Part shown: positions 1-6,842 of the stretch, one piece after another
Numbering within the stretch: position 1 is the first letter of the stretch
How the letters are laid out: each line of letters starts with the position of its first letter
Virus record (IMG/VR): IMGVR_UViG_3300017778_008252
Location: 1 to 57,635 of that record
From: a virus
Taxonomy: Duplodnaviria > Caudoviricetes
Length of the DNA: 57,635 nucleotides
Reading direction: 5' to 3' (one strand)
Notes under the pieces: model-generated
Told to the model about the DNA's origin: nothing
The model's database searches: none
The model's input: only the letters and a program-made list of their open reading frames with translations
Program-made: the position numbers and the translations under genes

Positions 1-45
1 ATCTGGTGCCGTAAAGGTTTAAGGGTTCGACCCCCTTAGGAGGTA
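1..45 (+). tRNA. 3' half of a long-variable-arm tRNA (probably Leu), truncated by the window edge
   Basis: Variable arm gcc-gtaa-aggt, T-arm aaggg-TTCGACC-ccctt, 3' acceptor strand aggaggt plus discriminator A; anticodon lies outside the window. Confidence 0.7.
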
Positions 46-50
46 CTAAA

Positions 51-145
51 ATTCAGACGGGAAGGAAAATTGACGGCAATCAATTTTGAAGTACCGGACT
101 GAATCTGCGGACACTGAGTAATTTGCCGATGAAATGTTTCTGTAG
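51..145 (+). ncRNA. Candidate structured RNA: two hairpins with complementary (kissing) loops, between tRNAs
   Basis: Stems attcag/ctgaat, cgg/ccg, aaaattga/tcaatttt with loop CGGCAA (74-79); second stem ctgcgga/tctgtag with loop TTGCCG (123-128); AGTA/GAA internal loops in both. Confidence 0.55.
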
Positions 146-147
146 TT

Positions 148-221
148 TTGCTATTTAGTTTATGCGGAGTGAACGTTGGCGATGAGCCGAAGGTCCGCAG
201 GTTCGAATCCTGCATAGCAAT
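148..221 (+). tRNA. Atypical tRNA-like RNA (5-nt anticodon loop GATGA; possibly derived from Ile-GAT)
   Basis: Acceptor ttgctat/atagcaa, D-stem gttt/gaac, T-arm gcagg-TTCGAAT-cctgc; anticodon stem ttggc/gccga closes only 5 nt. Confidence 0.55.
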
Positions 222-232
222 CAAATCTACAT

Positions 233-304
233 GGTGGACTTGGTGTAATGGTAGCACGGGACATTGTGGATGTTCCGGTCCGGGTTCGAATCCCGGTTTC
301 CACA
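233..304 (+). tRNA. tRNA-His(GTG)
   Basis: Cloverleaf with anticodon arm ggaca-ttGTGga-tgttc, T-arm ccggg-TTCGAAT-cccgg, G at -1; two acceptor-stem mismatches. Confidence 0.85.
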
Positions 305-344
305 CACATAAAAAGATTTTTTTCTAAAATAATTTGCATTTTCC

Positions 345-375
345 TTGCAAGTCCCGAGAAAAAGTGTTATATTTG
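345..375 (+). promoter_or_regulatory. Bacteroidota-type housekeeping-sigma promoter (putative early)
   Basis: TTG(345-347)-N20-TATATTTG(368-375) matches the -33 TTG / -7 TAnnTTTG consensus; upstream of ORF 414. Confidence 0.65.
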
Positions 376-413
376 TACTGTAACGATTAACAACCAACAA
401 AAAATCTAACACT

Positions 414-896
414 ATGCAAAACTCAATCCAATCATCTGCTTTCAATCTTGCAAAAGGAAATAATGGATTTTGGAAATCTGAAAAGCAAGCTGCTTTCCTG
501 ATGAGTCAATTTGAACAAAAAGACGGCTGTATTGGATTCGCTGATTCTGGGTATAACAGTTGTCCGATTTATGTTGAGTGGGATGTGACCGGGATTACAA
601 AAATTTGGAAACACTCAAAAACCAAAAAAGGTTATGTGAGTAAAACAATGTTTGTTCGTAAAGATGCAGGTGTTTTAACTGAACTTGAAATCAAAGAGAT
701 TAAATCTCTTGAAAGAAAGTTAAAGAAAGCTCAAAAAAGTTATGATGAGCGAATTGAACTTTTTAATAACGGTAAATATTTCAAAACCGAAACACCTAGC
801 GATCTAGATCTTATGATTTACGAAAATGCAAAACAGCGAGATGCTGAATGGATCGCTAATATTCAAAACCGAATTCTCGAAATTAAATCGAAATAA
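414..896 (+). CDS. Hypothetical protein (putative early gene)
   Basis: 160-aa ORF with A-rich leader after a host-type promoter; no recognised motif. Confidence 0.85.
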   Translation: MQNSIQSSAFNLAKGNNGFWKSEKQAAFLMSQFEQKDGCIGFADSGYNSCPIYVEWDVTGITKIWKHSKTKKGYVSKTMFVRKDAGVLTELEIKEIKSLERKLKKAQKSYDERIELFNNGKYFKTETPSDLDLMIYENAKQRDAEWIANIQNRILEIKSK

Positions 897-906
897 AAAA
901 CTTTTT

Positions 907-980
907 GGTCCTTTAGCTCAGTTGGTTAGAGCAGAGCACTCATAATGCTAAGGTCCCTGGTTCGAGCCCAGGATGGACCA
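907..980 (+). tRNA. tRNA-CAT, probably Ile2 (lysidine type) rather than Met
   Basis: ggtcctt-tagctcagttggttagagca, anticodon loop ctCATaa, T-arm cctgg-TTCGAGC-ccagg; body resembles bacterial ileX-type tRNAs. Confidence 0.9.
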
Positions 981-1013
981 CAATTTATTCTTAATATATA
1001 AAACAATAAATCT

Positions 1014-1505
1014 ATGCACCAATTATCTATTAAAATGAAAACAAAATCTGAAACTTATCTACAGAAAACGCTTAAATCAACTATTAAGAGTATAAAGAGG
1101 TCTTGCAAAAGAATGTATGTTCGTTATGTTTTGTTTTCTAGAAAAATGAATGAGCGTGGCCAGCAGGTATCAGATACACAAAAATACATTATGAGTATTG
1201 CAAGAATGGCAATCAACCATCCAGATACTGATTTTGAAGTTGAATATGAATCGGGAAAAAGATATTTAAAAAATGATACGATTGGTCTTTATATAATTTT
1301 TTATAAAGCTAGAATTGAAATTACCAATCACGTTTATCATTATGATGTGATTGTTACTGACCGAAACTGGGCAAGAATTTCTAAACTTTACAATGATGTT
1401 ACTAAAAAGAGAATTCTCGGTTATGAAGAAGCAATTATGTCTAATGTAAAAAATTCACTTTCAACCATTTATGAAAAAATGGTTGAAGCAACATACAAAA
1501 AATAA
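1014..1505 (+). CDS. Hypothetical protein
   Basis: 163-aa ORF preceded by AATATATA (993-1000), a variant of the putative late-promoter motif. Confidence 0.8.
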   Translation: MHQLSIKMKTKSETYLQKTLKSTIKSIKRSCKRMYVRYVLFSRKMNERGQQVSDTQKYIMSIARMAINHPDTDFEVEYESGKRYLKNDTIGLYIIFYKARIEITNHVYHYDVIVTDRNWARISKLYNDVTKKRILGYEEAIMSNVKNSLSTIYEKMVEATYKK

Positions 1506-1508
1506 ACT

Positions 1509-1634
1509 ATGTTATTTCTTTTTGGAATTGCCATTACTATAGCATTGATTAAAATGTTATTTGTCACTATTCCTGGTGACTGGCGAAATGATAATGATAA
1601 TTATAATTTAAACTTACTTCGATATGGATTTTAA
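1509..1634 (+). CDS. Small putative membrane protein (41 aa)
   Basis: MLFLFGIAITIALIKMLFVTIPGDWRND...; hydrophobic N-terminus, fills the gap between neighbouring genes; below the ORF-track cutoff. Confidence 0.55.
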   Translation: MLFLFGIAITIALIKMLFVTIPGDWRNDNDNYNLNLLRYGF

Positions 1635-2124
1635 ATGTGTTAATTGCAAAAAAGACGTCTTAGAGATTTACCCAAACGGTCTAACAAAACCTGAAAGCGG
1701 TTCATTCACGGATGGTGTTGTTGGTCGATTGTCTGCAGGGTATGGAAGCAAATTTGATGGTTCAAGTTTTTGGATTGCGATTTGTGACCAATGCTTGTCC
1801 GCCGGGCTTGACGCCGGAGAAATCAAAGAAATCCCAACGGGCGACAAGATTTATGTCTATGACCTGAGTATGCTCAAAGACGGAGGGACTGTTTATATTG
1901 AATCTTCAATTGGTGATTTCTATATTGATAATCGAATTGGTTCAAAAACAAAATCTGGGTTGTACAATGGAGTTCCAGGAAAACACAATGCAGAACTTCT
2001 TGATGTAGATACGGCAAACGAACTTAAATGGAAACTTGTCCGACCTCTGAAAGAATACTCTGAAAATCGAGATGCACTTAACAAAGAATTAGCGAGAAAA
2101 CTTATTATTGACTTTATTCTTTAA
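1624..2124 (+). CDS. Hypothetical protein with N-terminal Zn-ribbon-like CxxC pairs
   Basis: CVNC ... CDQC; 166 aa. Confidence 0.8.
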   Translation: MDFKCVNCKKDVLEIYPNGLTKPESGSFTDGVVGRLSAGYGSKFDGSSFWIAICDQCLSAGLDAGEIKEIPTGDKIYVYDLSMLKDGGTVYIESSIGDFYIDNRIGSKTKSGLYNGVPGKHNAELLDVDTANELKWKLVRPLKEYSENRDALNKELARKLIIDFIL

Positions 2125-2129
2125 AAACT

Positions 2130-2399
2130 ATGAAAACTATATATTTAGCAACAACTGATGATGCAATTCCAATAGTGGCTGCTGATAGCCTCGAAAGATT
2201 CGAAGAATTACTTTTTGAATACTTTGGATATCCAAATGACCAATCTATTGAATTCAAAGGATTTTTCCCATTTGACAATTGCGGGTATCCGGATATCTAT
2301 GAAGGCTACTATGAATTTATCACACCCGATTACGGAAATGGTCCTGAACGGATTGTAGAAAAAATGCACCGTTATTATCTGAACGTAAATGAAATCTAG
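2130..2399 (+). CDS. Hypothetical protein
   Basis: 89-aa acidic ORF in operon with upstream genes. Confidence 0.75.
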   Translation: MKTIYLATTDDAIPIVAADSLERFEELLFEYFGYPNDQSIEFKGFFPFDNCGYPDIYEGYYEFITPDYGNGPERIVEKMHRYYLNVNEI

Positions 2400-2414
2400 T
2401 TCGTTAGTTTAAAT

Positions 2415-2500
2415 GCCCCGGTGGTGAAACTGGTAGACACGCAGGACTTAAAATCCTGTAGACTGCAAGGTCTGTACGGGTTCGACTCCCGTCTGGGGCA
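2415..2500 (+). tRNA. tRNA-Leu(TAA)
   Basis: gccccgg/ctggggc acceptor, cagga-ctTAAaa-tcctg, long variable arm, T-arm acggg-TTCGACT-cccgt. Confidence 0.95.
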
Positions 2501-2503
2501 CAA

Positions 2504-2716
2504 TGAGGTATGAGATACTCAACAGTCTTTTATCCAAGACTCATTTAACAATGGATAGGGGTAAAAAATGTCTACCGACAGACTTTCGATTCAGGATAAA
2601 GGTACCAAGGTTCAGGGCCTCTGACGTATGAACTGACGTTTTAAGCGGGGATGCCCAGCAGGTTTTTGAATAGGAAAAAACCGATGTAACTACCCACCTG
2701 TAATCTCAGGGTGGGG
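2504..2716 (+). ncRNA. Candidate ~210-nt multi-stem ncRNA with pseudoknot potential inside the tRNA cluster
   Basis: No long ORF, GC-richer than flanks; hairpins agtctt/aagact (loop TTATCC pairs with GGATAG 2553-2558), tgtc/gaca, gttca/tgaac, ggttttt/aaaaacc, cccacc/ggtggg. Confidence 0.55.
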
Positions 2717-2723
2717 AATTTTT

Positions 2724-2796
2724 GCACCCATAGCTCAATTGGAAGAGCAACAACCTTCTAAGTTGTAGGTTACAGGTTCGAGACCTGTTGGGTGTA
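2724..2796 (+). tRNA. tRNA-Arg(TCT)
   Basis: gcaccca/tgggtgt, acaac-ctTCTaa-gttgt, T-arm acagg-TTCGAGA-cctgt. Confidence 0.93.
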
Positions 2797-2801
2797 CTAA
2801 T

Positions 2802-2887
2802 GGAAAGTGAACTATAACGGTGAATAGGTCCGCCTGCTAAGCGAGACGTTCGGTAAAACGGATTCGGTTCGATCCCGGCACTTTCCG
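2802..2887 (+). tRNA. tRNA-Ser(GCT)
   Basis: ggaaagt/actttcc, anticodon loop ctGCTaa, long variable arm, discriminator G; some stem mismatches. Confidence 0.8.
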
Positions 2888-2893
2888 CAAATA

Positions 2894-2964
2894 GGTTTTA
2901 TAGTTCAATGGAAGAATGTTGGTTTGCGGAGCCAAAGATATATGTTCGAATCATATTAAGACCA
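2894..2964 (+). tRNA. tRNA-Arg(GCG)
   Basis: ggtttta/taagacc, ttggt-ttGCGga-gccaa, T-arm atatg-TTCGAAT-catat. Confidence 0.8.
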
Positions 2965-2969
2965 CAATT

Positions 2970-3069
2970 AGCCGGGTAGCGGAATTGGCAAACGCAGGTC
3001 GTAGGTAGCACCGTTCACATCCAGCCTTAAACGTGGTGAATTCTATGGGTTCGAATCCCATCTCGGCTT
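2970..3069 (+). ncRNA. tRNA-like RNA with Leu-type D-arm but no canonical anticodon arm
   Basis: Acceptor agccggg/ctcggct, D-arm gcg-gaattggcaaa-cgc, T-arm atggg-TTCGAAT-cccat; centre is ggt..acc plus a long ttcac/gtgaa arm. Confidence 0.55.
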
Positions 3070-3084
3070 CAAAATTTAATTGCT

Positions 3085-3555
3085 ATGAATATTTTTTATT
3101 TAGACGAAGATGTTAAAAAATGTGCCGAGTATCATTGTGATAAGCACTGCATTAAAATGATACTTGAAACCGCTCAATTATTAGCGAGCGCACACTGGGT
3201 GTCTGGGTCGTCAGCACCTTATAAATTAACACATAAAAATCATCCATCAGCAGTATGGACTCGACAATCGCTTTCAAATTACCGATGGCTTTGTCAATTA
3301 GGATTAGCTCTTTGTAAAGAGTACACACATCGGTATGAGAAAATTCACAAAACACAAGAGGTTATTACATGGCTAATAAATAATCTACCAGATATCGAGG
3401 ACATTGGATTTATTGAGCCGCCCAAGGCCATGGCCGACAGCTACAAATTAGAAACCGCTGTGGCAAGTTATCGAAATTATTATCGAATAGCAAAAGGTCG
3501 ATTTGCGACTTGGAAAAGACGACCCATCCCAGATTGGTTTAACCAGCAGGTATAG
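3085..3555 (+). CDS. Pyrimidine-dimer DNA glycosylase / endonuclease V (DenV)-like protein
   Basis: MNIFYLD..K.CAEYHCDKH.IKMILETAQLL, H.NHPSAVW, EYTHRY.K.HK, SYRNYY family motifs. Confidence 0.8.
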   Translation: MNIFYLDEDVKKCAEYHCDKHCIKMILETAQLLASAHWVSGSSAPYKLTHKNHPSAVWTRQSLSNYRWLCQLGLALCKEYTHRYEKIHKTQEVITWLINNLPDIEDIGFIEPPKAMADSYKLETAVASYRNYYRIAKGRFATWKRRPIPDWFNQQV

Positions 3556-3616
3556 TTTAGAGGAAGAATATCAGAATTCGAATCTGATGGCAGGGGTTCG
3601 AGTCCCTTTACCTGTA
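3546..3616 (+). tRNA. tRNA-Arg(TCG), overlapping the 3' end of the denV-like gene
   Basis: gcaggta/tacctgt, tcaga-atTCGaa-tctga, T-arm agggg-TTCGAGT-ccctt. Confidence 0.8.
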
Positions 3617-3650
3617 CAATAAATTGATAAATAGAATAAAACAGATCATT

Positions 3651-4109
3651 ATGAATGCAACATTTAAAAGGTTATCTGACCACAGAGAAGTAGATTTAAT
3701 TCCGTATGTTCAAGAACTAATAACAGGCGTTGAAGATGTGAAAATCTATATTGGAACTGACAGTCAAACAAATGGTGCATGGACTCAGTATGCAACTGTA
3801 ATTGTACTGCATTGGGGGAACCGAGGCGCAAGTGTTCTTTATGCAAAAGAGCGCCTTCCAAGGATCAATGATATGTTTACTCGTTTGTGGAATGAAGTTG
3901 AAAGAAGTATCCAAGCCGCAGAGTTTATGGTCAACAGTGGATTGCCCAGAGCAAATTATATTGACTTAGACTATAACCCGGACCCAAAGTACAACAGCAA
4001 TTCAATTTTGCGTTCCGCAGTTGGGTATGTTGAAAGTATGGGATATGAGGCTCGAGTAAAACCCGAAGCAATTATAGCGTCTTCTTGCGCAGATACAGTA
4101 TGTCACTAA
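3651..4109 (+). CDS. RNase H-like YkuK (DUF458) family protein
   Basis: IYIGTDSQ, RLWNEVERS, IDLDYNP, ASSCAD motifs; ATG 3651 preferred over TTG 3624. Confidence 0.75.
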   Translation: MNATFKRLSDHREVDLIPYVQELITGVEDVKIYIGTDSQTNGAWTQYATVIVLHWGNRGASVLYAKERLPRINDMFTRLWNEVERSIQAAEFMVNSGLPRANYIDLDYNPDPKYNSNSILRSAVGYVESMGYEARVKPEAIIASSCADTVCH

Positions 4110-4114
4110 TGGAT

Positions 4115-4144
4115 GGGAAGTAGATTTGTCTACTTCCCTTTTTT
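4115..4144 (+). terminator. Intrinsic terminator
   Basis: gggaagtaga-tttg-tctacttccc followed by a T-run. Confidence 0.85.
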
Positions 4145-4152
4145 GATATATA
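4143..4152 (+). promoter_or_regulatory. Putative phage late promoter TTGATATATA
   Basis: Motif recurs shortly upstream of many virion-type genes; here it is fused to the terminator T-run. Confidence 0.6.
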
Positions 4153-4168
4153 ATAAAAAATAGAAATT

Positions 4169-5656
4169 ATGAGTTTATTAAGATATAATGATTTTATTAA
4201 GTTAAACGAAAGTTTTTTAACACCTAAGGGGTTGAAAGAGAGAGTTCTGCGTATACCTTTGATGATTAAAAAAATTGAAAATAGTGAGCCATTTACGATT
4301 GAAGGAAATAAGATGTTTGTTGTTACTGATGTCGAAGATGCATTAAGACAAATAGAAGAATTTAAGAAAACCGACATACCAAAGGCAATGATATTCACAG
4401 GCAGAATAGATGGAGTACCCGGACAAAGGGTTTCTACATCAAAATTCGTTAAAACAAAAGAATTTGGCGGCGGTGGTGGATCTAGAGGAGGTGCACAGAA
4501 TACATCATTAACCGAATCAGCACAGTGCTATTTTTGTTCAGCACTCGTTAATGTAATAAAAAATAAAGATGCAAATGATTCTGATTTTACAAAAGAAGTA
4601 TTAGTATCTGCGGGTAAATGGGTATTTACAACAGAAAGTATTGATACCATTTTGGAAAAACTAACATTAGATTGGCGAACATCTTGCGTTGAGACTGCAA
4701 AGCAACTAATGATAAAAGGTTTTATCAAAGAAGGAATGAATTTTCATAGAGGTAGTATATTTTTTAATTCTATTTACGAAAGTGGTAAAAATGCTTTTAA
4801 TACTATTAAAGACATTCCATGGAATTGGAAAAATGATAAATGGAACCCTGGCGATATATGGGCAGTTGATTCGAGCCAAGAACAGATTATTAGTAATAAA
4901 TTCAGAGAAATGAACAATAAAAATGCTTCAATCGCTGAATTTAATCAATATCTAAAAAGTGTTTTTAGTCTTAAACAATTGTTAGGAATTTCGTTAAAGA
5001 AGATTGAAAATTCTAGTTCATTAAAAATAGAAATAAATAATGATCCTGAGATTCCAAAACAAAAATATGAAGTAGTAGAATATCGGCTATCTACTAAAGA
5101 TTTCTGGTCAGCTAATAAATGTTTTATAGATGTGAAAGCTGGGAACAATCCAATTTTAAAATTAGAAGGAAGAGCATTCAATCTCTTTGAGAACTGGGCA
5201 CTCGAAATTCAAGGAAGTACAGCAGCAGGAGGGAAATGTGGACTAGGTGCCATTTTAAATTATATACAAAATTCAAATGCAAATTTTTATGGTTTTCCCG
5301 GAAAAATAAATCCAAAAGACGCAAATAATAAAGTTAGAATGAGAATGAACGGATTGGGTGGGAGTGGTGAACTATATTCAGAAATATATGAACTTTATTT
5401 GAAAATACAAAAAACGAATAAAGTAAAAAATATGGAACCATATTCAGAAAAAGAATTTAAAAATAAAATAAAAGAAAAGTGGACTGACGGCCGTACGATG
5501 CCTTGGGTTTTTTCAAAATATGCTGGTATGCTTGTAATAGATTCACTAACAAGTTTAAATAACCATTCCGTAGAAACAGATATCATTAATAGTATAGTTT
5601 TGTTTGCAACATCAAATACCGCAGAATCTTCAATATTCCTTAAAGTTTACGAATAA
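4169..5656 (+). CDS. Putative PD-(D/E)xK-like nuclease-fold protein with capsid-targeting-like leader
   Basis: TE-SAQC, FHRGS, KWNPGDIWAV, LLGISLKK motifs; N-terminus MSLLRYNDFIKLNE. Confidence 0.6.
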   Translation: MSLLRYNDFIKLNESFLTPKGLKERVLRIPLMIKKIENSEPFTIEGNKMFVVTDVEDALRQIEEFKKTDIPKAMIFTGRIDGVPGQRVSTSKFVKTKEFGGGGGSRGGAQNTSLTESAQCYFCSALVNVIKNKDANDSDFTKEVLVSAGKWVFTTESIDTILEKLTLDWRTSCVETAKQLMIKGFIKEGMNFHRGSIFFNSIYESGKNAFNTIKDIPWNWKNDKWNPGDIWAVDSSQEQIISNKFREMNNKNASIAEFNQYLKSVFSLKQLLGISLKKIENSSSLKIEINNDPEIPKQKYEVVEYRLSTKDFWSANKCFIDVKAGNNPILKLEGRAFNLFENWALEIQGSTAAGGKCGLGAILNYIQNSNANFYGFPGKINPKDANNKVRMRMNGLGGSGELYSEIYELYLKIQKTNKVKNMEPYSEKEFKNKIKEKWTDGRTMPWVFSKYAGMLVIDSLTSLNNHSVETDIINSIVLFATSNTAESSIFLKVYE

Positions 5657-5669
5657 TTTTAAATGAAAG

Positions 5670-5700
5670 AAAACTTTTCAGTAGTTACTGAATATATAAT
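5670..5700 (+). promoter_or_regulatory. Putative second phage promoter class AAAACT-N15/17-ATA(T/A)AA
   Basis: Same bipartite pattern at 8910-8938, 37328-37357 and 37268-37297 (minus strand). Confidence 0.4.
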
Positions 5701-5769
5701 ATGAGCCATGCTTCGGATGGTTCAATATGGTGGATTCAATTTTAATCACTAAAAAAACAGAAAAACATT

Positions 5770-6246
5770 ATGAAACAGAAAAATTCAACAAACCCTGCCA
5801 CTGGATGGCAATCAAGAGACGAGTTTTTGTCTCCATTTTCCGTAGTATTTGACCGCTTGTTTGACCAACATTTTCCCGAATTGAAACAAGATTTTGGAAT
5901 TTCGTTCAGCAAAGGTGCTTACCCAAAAGTAGATATTATTGACTATACCGACTCTGTTTGCATTCACGCTGAAATCGCCGGATGGGATAAAGAAGATATC
6001 GAAATTGCAGTCGAAAACGGTATATTGACAATAGCCGGGAATTTATCCGTTGGAACTAAACCGTTAGAAAACGGTACCTATATTGTTAAAGAACTAAAAC
6101 GTTCAACATTTACACGCTCGTTCCGCTTGGCCGATAAATTAGATGAAAATTCAGTTAATGCTTTATTTGAAGATGGATTACTAAAAATTAGCATTGCGAA
6201 AAAAGAAGAAGAAAAACCAATGAAAAAAATTATTTCCATTAAATAA
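5770..6246 (+). CDS. Small heat-shock protein (Hsp20/alpha-crystallin)
   Basis: YPKVDI, AEIAGWDKEDIEIAVENGILTI, FTRSFRL, A.FEDGLLKISI, KIISIK tail. Confidence 0.95.
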   Translation: MKQKNSTNPATGWQSRDEFLSPFSVVFDRLFDQHFPELKQDFGISFSKGAYPKVDIIDYTDSVCIHAEIAGWDKEDIEIAVENGILTIAGNLSVGTKPLENGTYIVKELKRSTFTRSFRLADKLDENSVNALFEDGLLKISIAKKEEEKPMKKIISIK

Positions 6247-6247
6247 A

Positions 6248-6379
6248 AAAAATCCAAAATCCATCATATCCAAAAGTTCTGTCCAAAAGACAGAACTTTT
6301 TTTTGATATATACACTATAAATTTTAAAAAACAAAAAACAAAAAACAAAAAATTATGAAACACATTAAAACATTTGAAG
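6248..6379 (+). repeat. Direct repeat copy 1: terminator + GATATATA promoter + leader-encoding start
   Basis: Near-identical to 6725-6842 (aaatccaaaatcc.tcatatccaaaagttctgtccaaaag.cagaacttttttt-gatatatacactataaatttt...atgaaacacattaaaacatttgaa). Confidence 0.9.
6272..6304 (+). terminator. Intrinsic terminator
   Basis: aaaagttctgtc-caaaa-gacagaactttt plus T-run. Confidence 0.85.
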
Positions 6380-6714
6380 GATTCCTAAACGAAGATTCTT
6401 CTATTTTAAACAATCTTAAATCAGCCTGTAAAGGGGCTACTTTTTCGCCAGGTTCAGTTGGTGAAGTACCAGAAGGGTATACTAATGCAACTGCATATGA
6501 CGTTGAGCATCCAGATGCTGACGAAGGATTTTCTGTATTAATTTACGATGACTCCGATTTTTGTTTTTTCTATGATGCAACGCCTGTAGTAACATCATTA
6601 AATACGCCAAAGGAAAAAAGGGATAGTTATGATAATTTAAATCCTTATCCAAAACCTTTATCTAAATTAACACCTGCAATTTGGAAAGAAATTCTTAGAG
6701 AAATTGGTGAATAA
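6355..6714 (+). CDS. Putative internal head protein (capsid-targeting-like leader)
   Basis: N-terminus MKHIKTFEGFLNE; GATATATA at 6305. Confidence 0.7.
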   Translation: MKHIKTFEGFLNEDSSILNNLKSACKGATFSPGSVGEVPEGYTNATAYDVEHPDADEGFSVLIYDDSDFCFFYDATPVVTSLNTPKEKRDSYDNLNPYPKPLSKLTPAIWKEILREIGE

Positions 6715-6724
6715 TAGATTTTTT

Positions 6725-6842
6725 AAAAATCCAAAATCCGTCATATCCAAAAGTTCTGTCCAAAAGGCAGAACTTTTTTTGATATATACACTATAAATTT
6801 TTAAAAAAATGAAAAGTTATGAAACACATTAAAACATTTGAA
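6725..6842 (+). repeat. Direct repeat copy 2: terminator + GATATATA promoter + leader-encoding start
   Basis: Matches 6248-6379; the hairpin substitution (gacag to ggcag) keeps pairing as G-U. Confidence 0.9.

Noticed and set aside
105-145. Hammerhead ribozyme (ctgagta...gaaa)
   Set aside because: Core is CUGAGUA rather than CUGAnGA and I could not build the three-way junction
36-445. Minus-strand ORFs 36-305 and 227-445
   Set aside because: They overlap tRNA genes and a promoter on the plus strand
2501-2570. HDV-like theta ribozyme at the tRNA-Leu 3' trailer
   Set aside because: Could not assign the nested P1/P2/P3/P1.1 pairing or the J4/2 catalytic C by eye; a motif search is needed to exclude it fully
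6248-6842. CRISPR array or insertion-sequence ends
   Set aside because: Only two long direct repeats separated by a whole gene; no regular spacers, cas genes, transposase or terminal inverted repeats
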